Origin: Albugo candida
Taxonomy: Eukaryota
DNA length: 64,000 nt
Assembly (NCBI GenBank): GCA_040437565.1
Contig: JBDOQK010000054.1
Location: 62,001-126,000, forward strand
Direction: 5' to 3'
Part shown: positions 1 through 13,309 of the stretch, one piece after another
How the letters are laid out: the number at the start of each line of letters is the position of its first letter
How positions within the stretch are numbered: position 1 is the stretch's first letter
Notes under the pieces: generated by a model
Database searches by the model: none
What the model was told of the DNA's origin: nothing
Seen by the model: the letters and a program-made list of their open reading frames with translations, nothing else
Made by a program: the position numbers and the translations under genes

Positions 1-71
1 GCTCTGTAGTACCTCCCACAGACGAGCCACTAGATCAAAATCGAGCGATACCGACCAAGAACGCGCATAAC

Positions 72-937
72 ATGCGAAGAGCTCGCAAGACTTGCGCACG
101 AGTGCAATCCGGTACTCCCGAATTGATGGAAGGACGATTTGTATCATCGTATGCAGCCTCCAGCTCCGATCTAAAAAGCGCATATCTGGATGCAATAGAT
201 ACTGTCAATACGGAATCCGTGGAAGGTGTGCTGGCGTATGTTCAGGCCACTCATTAGAGAATCGATGCAATCGTAGAAACAGTGCTCAAAACTTGGGTCT
301 TTTACAAGATTGATGTGATGCAGACAAATGCGTCTATTGCTCCATTTCTAGACAGTCGAGAGACGTAAGAGTATGGTCCGATGATAGCGTTGATAAACGG
401 CGATGTACGCCTTCGCAAGAGGACAAACTCGTGCCGGAATGCCTTTCAATTTAATGGAGACTGTCAGCAATTAATATAGGGCCCTTTGTGGTTGGCGGAC
501 ATAAGAGTACCGACGCACATGAATCGTACCAGAATTGTTGCTGGTTTTCCTTTCCGAATTCTTGGCCGACCAAATCGTAGGACGAAAAGACTGCAGCATG
601 TCGCAAAAGTACGAAGAATGGATTATGTGATATTGGCGTCGAACCCAATGGCCTCGCCTGCACATTTGCATACGATATTTTTGGCTGGTCCCTTTGGACG
701 ATGTAGTTAGAATTACAGTATCAGAAATCCCAAGACAGGGTGCTCGGATGCAAAATTCTCCGAATGGTGCAAAGCCGCGATTAAAATATCGGATTTGCAG
801 CTGATATATATACTGGGAGATTTCAAGGAGCTTGTACTTGGGCAGAATTCAGCAGATCTAAAAGGCAATGAGGAGCAGGCAGAAAGAATTATCGAGACGT
901 ATATGAGTGTTTTAGCCAATAGCAGCTTCCAAAATTA
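72..937 (+). pseudogene. Degraded oomycete-type cysteine-rich protein gene
   Basis: Motifs are spread over several frames: SAYLDAIDTVNTESVEGVLAYVQA, YKIDVMQTNASIA..*EYGPMIA, QFNG..NIGPFVVGG, CWFSFPNSWPTKS*DEKTAACRKSTKNGLCDIGVEPNGLACTFAYDIFG, LDDVVRIT, FSEWCKA. In-frame stops lie at 366-368 (TAA) and 578-580 (TAG), plus frameshifts. Family recognised from memory; ends approximate. Confidence 0.7.
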
Positions 938-2546
938 GACCACTTCCGAGTTCAATACAACTCGCTGGGATCAATCCTCCGCGTTACTACAATGTGCCAC
1001 AATTAGTCAAAAGCCAGGATGTAAGCGCATTGGGTATGCTCAAATATATCAGCGTGTGCTCTTGCTAAAAGTTATGATATTGATACCTTTCGATTTCTTA
1101 ATTGGAGAAAGTGCAGCACACGCTAACGCCCGCTGCAGTCTCAGAAGCCGTGGATGACAGCCGCTGCTAACGGGTTACGAGTAAGGTTCGTGTGCGTCTG
1201 TCGATCGGAGCAGTGCACATGATCTCTATTGGAATAAATCGTGTATGGTGAGTGTGATCATCAATCAATCCACGCGTAAGTAATAGTCTTTTTAATCAAA
1301 TAAAAATTCTATATTTATTTCCATCCAAATTCCACCACTTCTATAACGCCGGCTCTATAACACGCAATCTGATTGCATGAATGTCTGGAGGCCTTCTGGT
1401 GGGCCAATTCCAAAGCAACCAAGAGTAATCCGATGTTAAAACATTGGTAATCGCGGGAGAGATCTGACACAACGCATTCAGAACGAGTTCCAGCGTTCAT
1501 GGTTACATCACGGCATCTTCGGAAACGTGTCGTTCTACTTTTTTAGGATTACAGTTTTGTCGAGCCTTTCAAATGCTGTCAGTTCGATCTCGTTTCTGAT
1601 TATTTTTTAAATATTCTGTCGATACTATATATTGTGCAATCTGCCTTCGTGTGGGGCAGTGAAGTCGAATAGGCTTTGGAATCCGCATATATAATGTGTA
1701 ATCGTTCAAACCTGCTGACATTAACATTACAACAAGCTCTAGCTGAAAATATGTGAGCATTGCGCGGAGCCCCCAAAGCGTTAAAGTGAAGTTTATAAGT
1801 AGATGCATGATGACGCTTGTAATTTGAAGGCATGTTGCCGACACAGCTCTCATATATGCTCAAGATTTGAGCTTACCTACTAGATCAGATCTATCTTCCT
1901 AACGTACGGCGGCTTCATGAGAGAAAGTTTGGAGCAAATGGACAATGAAATTTATCTCGACAATCTATCATCATTGACACAAAGTACTGGACGCTGTAGT
2001 GTCAAAACCTCCCTCGATACAATCATCACATGATACAGAACGCAAGGATGAGTGAGCCATAAGAAGAGATCGTGAGCATGAGCACGTAGCACTTATACCC
2101 TTCACTTTTAGAATCTCGACAAAGCTGCTGATGGTTAGATTTCATGCCACATCCTTCAATTCCATAGACATAAACGGCCTTGATACACCTGCGAGATAAG
2201 TAAANNNNNNNNNNNNNNNNNNNNNNNNNNNNNNNNNNNNNNNNNNNNNNNNNNNNNNNNNNNNNNNNNNNNNNNNNNNNNNNNNNNNNNNNNNNNNNNN
2301 NNNNCTCGACAAAGCTGCTGATGGTTAGATTTCATGCCACATCCTTCAATTCCATAGACATAAACGGCCTTGATACACCTGCGAGATAAGTAAATTTTAC
2401 TAATGTCCGTCGGGTCACCGTCTTAACACAAAACAGGCATCGAAAGTCGCGTGACAGGTTCCAATAAGAGAGACTTTGCACCAGATTGATATATTATATC
2501 AGGTAAACGTCAGCAAAACGTCCAGCATGACGCAAGTATCACAGAA

Positions 2547-3510
2547 ATGCTACGCATGTTAATCAGTAAGTCTGCAATGGGCTTTTTATACCCCAACTGC
2601 ATACGCAAGCTCTGCTCAAATTGGCCGTCCAATCATATGGATCGCCTTCCTCGAGTCGTTACGGGATTGCCACATTTTCAACGCAACATGCTCTATCGTG
2701 GTGTTGTAGTCAGCTTTCTCCACTCGCAGAGTGCCTGCAATGGCTTTCCTAAAATCTCAACTTGTTTGCAATTGCGGAACGTACAGAAACGCAATTCAGC
2801 TAGCATTATGACGTCTGCCGCTGCACTAACTTTTGACACGCATCGCGTCGTAAAGAGATTGCAGGAGGAAGGTAGCCATCACGCACTATAATTGTCACTG
2901 CTGATAACAGCCATTGCTCCATAGGCTTTCCACCACGGCAGGCCGAAGGAATTTTAGAAGTCATAAAAGACTCAATGTCCGATTCTTTAGAAATGCAGGC
3001 CAGAATTGTACGTGACGAAGAATCGTCAATCCCACAAATAATGAGTGGCGTGTGTAGCTTGCCACCAAAGCGGAGCATGTTCAGCTACGTGCCGAGTTAT
3101 CCGAGCGCGTTTTCAACTCGACCTTGAAATTCGGTTTGTGACATAATTGCATGATGAGATGTTTTTGACGTGGAGGGATAGATATTGCTCAGCGACACAT
3201 GCGAGAGCTTCTTGAGAGGGATTTCAACAATCTGAAGCAAGATATTCGGATGCTGGAGAAAATGGACTTTGATAAGATTCGAATGGAGGTCGCAGAGCTG
3301 GAGAAGAAATTTTTACTACAGAAACAGGCCGAAGATGAAACACTGAATGAGCTCCGTCTCTCGATGGAAAAAGTGGAAAAGCGGATGCTGCAATACGGTA
3401 CGAAGACCATGAAATTGTATTTTCTGCCTGATTCAATGTAACTGATAGCTGTTGGCTTTGCCGGGACAATTATGGCTGTGGGAGCTGCATTGATGCGTCT
3501 TGTGATGTAG
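2547..3510 (+). CDS. CCDC90/MCUR1/FMP32-like (DUF1640) mitochondrial coiled-coil protein, about 5 exons
   Basis: Basic presequence-like N-terminus, then FDTHRVVKRLQEEG|FPPRQAEGIL, coiled coil (RELLERDFNNLKQDIRMLEK...) and a C-terminal hydrophobic segment VGFAGTIMAVGAALMRLVM ending TAG at 3508-3510. Short GT..AG introns join the ORF pieces. Confidence 0.85.
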
Positions 3511-3643
3511 CTGTTGCGTTCTTGAACGCATATGGTGTTGATAACGTTTTTACCAGCTAGAGTATTTGCGAGGTACATCGTAGCCGGCTATTATCCAAGT
3601 TCCATGTGTCCCGTATGCTCCTGAACTTTAGATGTTGCATGGG

Positions 3644-6600
3644 TTAACTGAGATACGCTTCCCAATATACTAGAGAGCATATTTCCAGATTTTGGTGGGG
3701 GCGGTCTGATTTTTCTGGCAGAATTCTATCCTCAATGAAACGTTCAGTCAAATCAACCACAAAAAACGAGCTGTCTACCTTTTTGGGTCGTCGAGTCGGA
3801 GCAGGATGGCTAGCGGGCAGCACAGCCGGAACGGGCTTATCTTCGCAAAACTGCTTCTCCGTGATCGAATTACAGGCATTGTCGGTCGAGTTTTGTATAC
3901 TTTCAGATTGATCATGCACCTGGCTTTTCCGCTTCTTCCCAGTCTTGCCAGTGTTGTCTGCAACTTGTATCCCGTTCTGATCACTCTCAAGTAAAGTCGC
4001 ATGTTTCTTCGCCAATTGCTCGTGCATCGCTTTGTAGTGCCTTAGTAGCGCATCTTCATGACCAAATTTGGTGGCTATCAACGACTGGAACGACAGTCTT
4101 CTGGTGTCGACCACAAGCTGTCGGTTCTCGGCGCTTTTCACAAACGCGGCCCATGTGCGATCGCGTTTGAGTGTCTCGACATTCCCCACCACAAAAAGAC
4201 AGAATCTCGCGCGTGTGATAGCGACATTAAGTCGACGAATATCTCGTAAGAATCCTATTCCGCCGCGTGAAGAAGAACGCACACATGAAAAGATAATTAT
4301 ATCTTTTTCGCGTCCTTGAAACCCGTCCACAGTGTTGACTTCGACCGATACTGCAGATTGTGCGTTCGGCGAGGTAGCCAGCCATTGAGAGAGCACACTA
4401 CGCTGCACTTGACGGCGTAGAGCATGTACTTGCTCCTTGTACGGGGAGACAAATCCAATGGACCATTTGGATGTCAATTGTGTAGCTCCATGATTTCGAG
4501 CTTCATCGAGCATTGTCACACATAAATCAACGCAGAATTTGGCTTCGTCTCGGTTACATTTCGATCCGTTCACGTTTTCCTCAGTTGACGTATCGATATG
4601 ATACAATAAAAAGGGTTGGAAGTAGATATTCTCGTATACATTCCAGCTGACGTTTCGCATTCGTTGCAAGACGGACGTTCCATCGGTCAATCGTCCGTCA
4701 TAAAAGTAGTCGGAAGGGAATTCTCGCATAAACGGATGCATACGATACTGAACGCGTAGCATGGACGGCGTCAGACCGCTTTCAGCGAGACGCTCGAATA
4801 GAGATCGGTCGTAGCGTGCTTGAGCGGCTGAGGAGCTTTTCACGGTCGCCGGAAGCTGTTTTGGATCGCCAACGAGGATCACACGCGCCACACGTTCTCG
4901 AATGGGAATGAGGGCACTGAGCTCAACGGCCTGTGCGGCTTCGTCGATGACCAAAGCATCAAACCCGCGTGGTAGGGATGTGAACATACCACTTCCAGCT
5001 TTTGATAAGGTGCATGCGATGATACTCGCTTTGCTCAGAAGCGTTAGTGTTAGTGTGCTTTCGAGATTGCGCAATTCCTCACGCATTCGTCGTATGCGAC
5101 CAAAACACTCTGTCGATTTGGTGTGCAATCTGGACAACTCTTTCCGATTTGAATTCTCCGTTTTATTTGCGTGGAACGCACGAATAGCTTCACGAAGCTT
5201 TGCTTGTTCTTCGACAAGTCGTTGGAGCTGAATGGCTTTCGGGTGCGTCCGCATTTCTTTCTCCAAAATGTGTGGAAGACACACACCTTTGACTATCTCT
5301 GGAGCATCCTCTCCGGCTGAGCCCAGGCGCACGATTGTCCATTTCGAGGTGCCAGTCTCAGTGCTTGGTCGATTCAAATGAGTTTTCTGGCCTTCTCCAT
5401 CCAGCAGTCCGTCAGTCACAATACGCAGCACGAGCTCATCAACTGCTCCATTTGACGGAGCACACAACAGCAAATTACAGCCACCAGGAACGGTTCGTCT
5501 AGAGCTCGAGCGATGTATCACAGCCGGTGTGGTGTTCCGGAAGGAGCTTCCAGGTGTGACGCTCAATGGCTTGTTCAATTTTTTCTCTAGATTTCCACGC
5601 GCTGATGTCAAATTCTTTCGCATTTGTATAGTCATACGGGTCGTATGCGAGTCATTTCGCTTCAATACGCCAGCGTCGGGTGGATGATTGACAATTGTTT
5701 TGCCATGTATCGCAAACACTGGTGCTCCTTCCGCAGCTCGAGCTGAATCAATCGGTCGAGTTTCCTTCCGTACCTCGGGCTTTAACGAGAGAAAGCAGCT
5801 CAATAAGCCCATAATCGTTTTCGTTTTCCCAGTACCGGGAGGCCCCTGCAGCAGACTGATTCCTGACTTGTAGTTATTAAGCACATTAGCGATACTTTGC
5901 AGTTGACTGGTGTTGTATTGCTTGTGTATAACCCTCCAAAGGAGCTCGCTACAGAATTGAGGCGTTGCTACACTTTTCACATTCACCTGAAGCATATCCT
6001 TCCACTTCTTTTTCAGCTTTTCAGCGTGCTTGACAACGGCTTCGTGACTGTGTTTGCGGAGTTTATTTACCAATTTGCCAAGTTTTGTGACCTGTGCGAC
6101 ACAAATTGAAAAACGAATGACAATCTCAACAAAGGTTTACAAACCCGCAAATTATCGACCGTGATGTCCATGCACGCTAATCGCTGAAGGATTGCAAGAA
6201 TCGTCTCATCCGAATCGCTTTTTGCTCGTTGTGCCTCTAATTCCAAAGTAAGCCGTTCAAGTTCCAACGGAGCCGTTTGTAAGGCGGCAGGAGTCAGAAT
6301 TGCGGTTCTCAAGTGCTCGGGAAGGAGATCCACTGATCTCAATGCAGCGTATTCGCGAGATGCGGTGACGAGATTCAGTAATGGAAATGCGAGCCATTCT
6401 GTTTCAGCCAATGCATTTGTTGAAAAGCTTTCTATCTCCATACCGTCGACATCAGCTGCCAGAGTTTCCATCTCATTGTCGGGAAGAAATAGGACTTTTG
6501 TTAGGTCCTTTTCACTTGAGTCCGAGGAAGGTTTGTGGCCTCTGCTGGTTCTTCGTTTGACTTTATCGGCTTCAGTGATGAGAATGACGCCAATCATATC

Positions 6601-9600
6601 GGTCGCGTCCTGGCGTCGTAATCGATCTGTTGAATCCAAACTCTTGCGCAGGAGAATCAAATCTCCGTTTTTGAATACCGTTCGTCTCGCATTCTTCCGA
6701 TCCGATTCCATTCCATTCTTTTGCGTGAGTGCAAAGTGCAGACAACGCATTCCTTCGCGACGTTTTTCAAATTCAAATCTCATACGTTGTGTGGAATTCA
6801 ATGTCGCATTCGACGGCAATTTGGAGAGCTGCTGCTCCATTTCAAAGGCACACTCTTCGAGCAATAGCGGTAGGAAAGCATGCACATAGTGTGATGGATC
6901 TTTGTACTTTAAAGGAGGAGCCTGAAGTATTGAATTCTGCTCTTGTTGGTTCTTTGCGTAGCGTTTGGCCCATACGATCGGAAGGCATTGCTGGAGGAGA
7001 TTTCGATAAAAAGGGAACAGAGAAGAGATAGGATTCCCTTTTTGTGTCTGTTTGATGCGTCGGAACGTGGCCGCCAGATCCAAATCGACCAAAGACTCGA
7101 CCGTGATCTTTTTCTCTGTAGGTCGCTGTTTTCCACGGTCATTGATAAGCGCCAACAGCTCCTTCTTGTCGGTTGTACTCGATTGATGCGTATGTGCAAT
7201 GTCACGTAGCACTTTGTCAAGACAAAGTCGATCTTTAGAACGACAAGTTGACGTCTCGAGTTTCGTTTCGGGCTGAAAAGCTTCTTCGTCGTAAAAAGAG
7301 TGGTCTTTTTTCGTCGTTAATGTCGAAGATACGCACGCTTTCGCGACATCAAAGTCCACAATCACATTCGATTGTTTTGTCTGAGCGTTGTCCGCGGAAA
7401 TCGGTCGATGTTTTGGAGCGCTTCTGACGTGGAGTGCTGATGACTTTTTCAACGAAATCGTCCGTTTTTCTGGCTTAGGACGAGTTGATACTCTCTCATT
7501 CTTTGCGAAAAACTTTGAGCGATTTGTCACACTGCGGAGCTTTCGTACGGCATAAGCCAAGTCGGCTGATCCGTTCAGTTCCGATGGAGAGATTTGCTCC
7601 AACGTTTGCATAAGATCTTCCTCTAAATGTACATGGGCGGTCGAGCATGCTTCCAAAATCAGTCGTAGCAATCGGATCACTCGACAATTGACTGCAGGAA
7701 GAGAACAGCTTGACAGTAGCTGAGCCAGCTGCCGAAGAATACGAAAGTTGCGTTTGTGCGTAAATGTGACTATGGAGCCTGGAAGATCGATTCTCACCCA
7801 AAAGGACCAAAATACAAGTGCAAAATCGACGATACGCACTGCTGTGACCTCTTTAATGTCGCTGAGATGACCGTGGAAGGCTGTAAACGACTCTACCAAA
7901 AAATCATTCATCAGTGTGCTCAATCGGCCAAGTTGCGTATGTGTATCCGTCAAGACTTTTTCGAGTGTTGGACCATCCAATTCAAATGCTTTAGACCATA
8001 GAAATATAAGCTTTTGAATGGTGGGGAGAGAAAGAATCCATGAGAATAGGTACGTGCGTAATTGCTGCAGGTACACGAGGACACCGCGAAGNNNNNNNNN
8101 NNNNNNNNNNNNNNNNNNNNNNNNNNNNNNNNNNNNNNNNNNNNNNNNNNNNNNNNNNNNNNNNNNNNNNNNNNNNNNNNNNNNNNNNNNNTATGGAGCC
8201 TGGAAGATCGATTCTCACCCAAAAGGACCAAAATACAAGTGCAAAATCGACGATACGCACTGCTGTGACCTCTTTAATGTCGCTGAGATGACCGTGGAAG
8301 GCTGTAAACGACTCTACCAAAAAATCATTCATCAGTGTGCTCAATCGGCCAAGTTGCGTATGTGTATCCGTCAAGACTTTTTCGAGTGTTGGACCATCCA
8401 ATTCAAATGCTTTAGACCATAGAAATATAAGCTTTTGAATGGTGGGGAGAGAAAGAATCCATGAGAATAGGTACGTGCGTAATTGCTGCAGGTACACGAG
8501 GACACCGCGAAGAAATGCTTCGGGCTGGCGATGAAGGAGGACGAGAAAAGATTCCAACGTCGTTGCCGGCTTGAGAGAGAACCCAGTCCGTCTATCAGCG
8601 TGGGAAAGAAGCCTACAAAACATCGTAAAAGTGTGAGTAGCGTATCATTGCAATAGTGTACCGTTTCACGCCTTGCTCGATCGCCTCGTTTGGGTTTAAA
8701 AGACAAAGGGAGACGTGTTGTGTCACCACAGGAAAGACGAGCGGATTCGTGAGGCCGCGTGTCAATACTTCTTCCAACATCTTTGTAAAGTACTGATACA
8801 CATTCTGCTCCAACGCTGTGAAATGGTGACTCATGAACGCCGTCAAATCAGATTGAGACACATCGGATGGGTTCTTGATCGACTTGTTTGCTTGTGTGAG
8901 ATTTCGCAGCTCAGAAACGCCACCCAAAATCTCGAAAAGCGCTCCGTGAAGAACCACAGGAATACTGGCTAGAGACTCGTGTGCGCACAAGCTTTTCATC
9001 AGAATAGTTTCGATCGGTTTGTGGTCTATAATCTCCTGCACACTGCTAGCCGTCGTAAGGCTCGCATACACAACATTCCGAGCAAGTTGTAGGTGCTTTT
9101 TCAGTACGACAGAACAGGTGAATGCGACGTGGTCGACGAGCGAAGGAACGTTTTGGGGGTTCGCGACAACGCGATACAAATAGTTCATCCACAAAGGGCT
9201 CAAAGAATCAGAATCCGAGAGCTCACACGGCCACCATTGAGCCCACCCAATAACCTCCAATGTCGATACATTGTTCTCTTCAAGACTTCCTATTTCTTTG
9301 GGTTGTGTCGCTGCTTCTGTCGAAGTGGTTTGTGCTTCATAACAATCCAAAATGATACAGGACACAGCTTTGGATACTGTTACGAAAAGAACTTTATCGG
9401 TCTCAAACGCTTTTGGACGGATCACCGGGTCGATTAGGAAGCGAAGGATTTCTTCCCGTGACGAGAAATAGGCGTGTGTCTGCGTCGTATGGCGTTGTTG
9501 AGACCGGCCGATCGGCCGAATCGAAGCTAAAACGGCTGGAAGAACTTGTATCAATTGCTTTAAGACGAATGTTTTCCATAGTGAATTCCTGCAATGCTGA

Positions 9601-11056
9601 AGTAATGTCTCCAAAACGAGACGCGGAGACTGAATCGTATGATGCCAAAATAAATGCCGAAGACATATTAACAGCCTGGAAAAGCATTTCGCTATCTAAA
9701 AACGACTCAGTAAGGTACTGTAAGCCGGAGAGAGATCCACCGACCAGAAAAGTGAGCTGCTGATTGCTCTCATTCGGCTCCACCTGTGTGAGATAATTCA
9801 GAACGAGGTCAGGAAATGTGTCGAAATGCTCCAATACAAACTCCAGGTTTTGTTCATCAAAGCGCTGCGAGCACAATAGTAGAGTAAAATTGGGTTCATG
9901 AGGATTTTGATCGTACTTGCATGACGACATCCAAAGCGGCCCAGAGGATCTGAGGCGTTGGAGACGTAACAGAATGCTCGAATTGTATGTACTGAGTGAA
10001 TAAGACTGTGAAAAAGTATCGATTGGAGTGATTTTAGTGCGTAAACGTACAACTTGTAAAGATTTGACAGACTCCAACTCCATGTCGAGCAAAGGTTTTT
10101 GAAAGGCTTCGTTCTCCAGAATGTACATCCATTCGTGTAACACTTGCAATAGGTCGCTATCGACACCGTCATGCAAAAGCACGAGGTTTGGCACTTTTCC
10201 CAATAAAAATGTCGCCCACGCGCTACGAGTAGCGTGACTTTCATTTCATCTCATCTCAAATCGTCAAACGTACCGAACGCTGGATTCTGGCGATATTAGC
10301 ATGTGGAAGATTCCCGTACAGCATCGAAAATGGCTACTTTGGGCTTCCACTTGTATCCTATCATTTTCAGTGACACTGGCAAGCCACTACGCCCATCGAT
10401 ACATAAGGATCATTCCTCTCTCTTGGAGCCCCACAGACCTTTGATAGAAGCTTGACGATGCGAGCATCCGAGTACAATCGACGATAGCTCAGAATTTCGT
10501 GGATAGCTATCACATCCTTCGCGATACTCCTTTTATCGGACCGTGTGTACAGAGCTTTTGTATCGCTTTCAGACTCGAGTAAATTGTGCTCAAGACGTTG
10601 GATGTCCAAAGTCGTCAAAAGGTGAAAATAAAAAGTGATTGAATCAATTGTGAACTCGTTTTCCAACTCAGCGAGCATGTTGGGAAATGAGCAGTGATAT
10701 CGATCGACACTGTCGGTAGGAAGGCGTCAATCACTGCAAAGAAAACACTTTTGAACGTCATACCACTTTGTGCACACACTCAGTTGTTGCTTCATACGCT
10801 CATAGAACATCTGGACGCTATGTGGGCCTGGATATAGCTCCAGAATTCGCGTGATAAATGTCATGAGTGTCGGGTAGGTGCACCACCAATGCTCCTGGAA
10901 AGAACCGAGAAGGAATTGGCCGACACGATTGTAAAGGTCTTGCTTGCGTGTTGATAATGTCGTCTCATTGACATCGAGGTAGAGCTCGGAGATCTCCTCC
11001 TCCAACTGGTGCACCAATGCATTGGAACTGCTGAATTTCGCATGTTCTGAGGTCAT
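3644..11056 (-). CDS. SEN1: Sen1/senataxin-like SF1B (Upf1-like) RNA/DNA helicase, multi-exon
   Basis: Helicase motifs GPPGTGKT, CAPSNGAVDE, IDEAAQ, LVGDPKQLPATV, QYRMHP, TVDGFQGREKD, RRLNVAITRAR. Long N-terminal region starting HWWC...QLSVCTKC resembles the Sen1 N-terminal domain. Joins ORFs 10727-11056, 10367-10678, 9403-10203, 8613-9614, 6067-8623 and 3644-6073; a gap with duplicated flanks lies at 8092-8191. Confidence 0.9.
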
Positions 11057-11609
11057 TCGGACCGGTATGAAGAGGTATCTATCCGGTACGATAACGGATG
11101 TCGATGCTTATATGGCGAGCATCCGTTATAATGCGACGTGTAAGAGGAATAGAATGGTAAGTCGATTAAAGGTTTTTGAGATATGATAAAGCAGCGTAAG
11201 AAGAGGAGAAAGTCGTGCTATATTATCGCATTATTTCGCGAAATACAATTCACTTGGGAATGTTTGTGTGTACGAATGCTTTGCAGCGCTGGCGCGTAAG
11301 CAAGGGATTATAAGGAGCCGTCTTGTAGAGTGTATGAGCATATTTGTTGCTCGATCGAATGCAATCGCAATAAATTTATAGGATGACTTTCCGTCTGATT
11401 GTATAGAGCGCTCACACTCGAGCAACATTTTCCAACCTTGCATAATTCCGTCTCGATTGTCGGCATATAAAGCCCAAAGTAGTAGAGCCATTCATCTGCA
11501 CCACGGAGTTGACATTTCATACTGGTCATAACGGATCTGCAGCAATTTATGCTCGTTTGTTGATTCTCGCCAATCCGTCAAGCTCCACTTCGAGCAACAT
11601 TCCCATCTC

Positions 11610-13170
11610 ATGAGTTTGCAATCAAACGACATTGCTTATCTGTCGCTGGAAACCAATCCGCCTCCGTCACCTCCTTCACGACAAATCGAATCGCCAAGTA
11701 CGTCATCCCACACGCAATAAGATTCCATTACGCATCACTTCTTAGATTTCCGTCGGACGAATTCGAGCTTTACAAAGGAACAGATGCTACATCACGATGC
11801 TTTTGAGCTATTGAATGCTCCTATGAAGAAAATGGCATTAGAGCTGAAAGGAGCGGTTTTAGCTACTGGGTATGTGCTTCTCTTATTACTTCCCAATTCT
11901 GATCGAAATTCTATTGTTCAGACTGGCTGCGTGTTGTTATCTACTATCATGGTTTCAAACTGTGCTTCTTCCTCTTTTCCTGGCAATTTTCCTCATGTTT
12001 GTAGTCGTCATACCCGAAAAGAGTTGCTGATTGAATTGTGCAGGTATCTGGTGGACCCACTCGTTGAAGTCATTGACGTATCTCCGCGTTATTTTCTATG
12101 CATTTGTACACAAAGTGGTCGACTCGCACGTCGGACCTCACGCGGATGCTCGCGAGCATTTGCTTCCTTGTGTGCCGTTGTGACCGTCTGCGTCTTCTTC
12201 GCGTTATTGGGATACATAACCGTACTTTCCGTCTACGCGCTCGACATGACGCCATACCAAGAGGGCTATAATCACTTGGTCGCAAAAGCCGAACGTGTTT
12301 CCGGTCGAGTTGGAGTCCCGTTGAATATCACAACAACCTTGCACGACAACGTGGAGCGTCTGGCTCGAATCTTCCTCACAGAGACCATGGACATTCTCTC
12401 GTTCGTCTTCGTCACCATCATCTATCTAACCTACTTTTTGTGCACAAGAACACGCGCCAGTGACGCAGGCGGCGTTTGGTCCAAAATCGATCGTGATATT
12501 CAGCGCTTTGTTACATTGAAGTGCTTTCTATCCCTATTTGTGGCCCTTTTGGTGACAGTTGTGTACGTTTGGCTGAATGTTGGCTTAGCGATTCTGTGGG
12601 GCATTTTAACCTTTTTATTGAATTGGATTCCTAACGTGGGTGCGATGGTGGCATCTCTGATTCCGGTCTTAATCATTGTGATCACGCCTTCCAGTGTTAT
12701 GAACACAATGGAGAAACTTCTCGCGGTATTGATGCCAATGTGCCTTCATGCGTTTGTGGGGAACTTTATCGAACCTCGTGTATTCGGTAAAAAGCTGGAA
12801 ATGGACCCAGTAATTGTTATTTTGTCGCTTTCGACGTGGGGATTGCTGTGGGGTGTCGTTGGAATGATCTTATCAGTTCCATTGACGGCAGCATTCAAGA
12901 TAATGTTGAGTCACCTTAAATTATGGCCAGAAGTTGTTGCACTAATGGAGGGTCGATATTTTGCAAAATATGGTGCAAGACAGTCACCTTTNNNNNNNNN
13001 NNNNNNNNNNNNNNNNNNNNNNNNNNNNNNNNNNNNNNNNNNNNNNNNNNNNNNNNNNNNNNNNNNNNNNNNNNNNNNNNNNNNNNNNNNNAGTTGTTGC
13101 ACTAATGGAGGGTCGATATTTTGCAAAATATGGTGCAAGACAGTCACCTTTTGTACAGCCTCAAAATTAG
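11610..13170 (+). CDS. AI-2E family (PerM/UPF0118) membrane transporter
   Basis: Multi-TM protein with LLNWIPNVGAMVASLIP and GNFIEPRVFGKKLEMDPVIVILSLSTWGLLWGVVGMILSVPLTAAFK. ATG at 11610; removing three short introns gives ...VLLPLFLAIFLMYLVDPLVE. Stop after the gap (SPFVQPQN*). Confidence 0.85.
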
Positions 13171-13309
13171 GATTCTTTCTAGACTGATGTGGCCTACATG
13201 GAGCATGTCACATTATATATATAGCAAATCAACATTCTCTAATTCTTGTATTGAGGTTGCGTCTGAACTCTGATCACAATCGATCGATATCAAGCCGAAA
13301 TTGTTGGGA

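Noticed and set aside
1165-1507. Possible LTR ending in GGTTACA
   Set aside because: No clean matching terminus or target-site duplication.
7771-8511. Apparent internal duplication in SEN1 (similar ones in AI-2E, MVK, PWWP, HAUS7-like, OTU and intergenic regions)
   Set aside because: Identical sequence either side of exact 100-N gaps points to unmerged contig overlaps, not biological tandem duplications.
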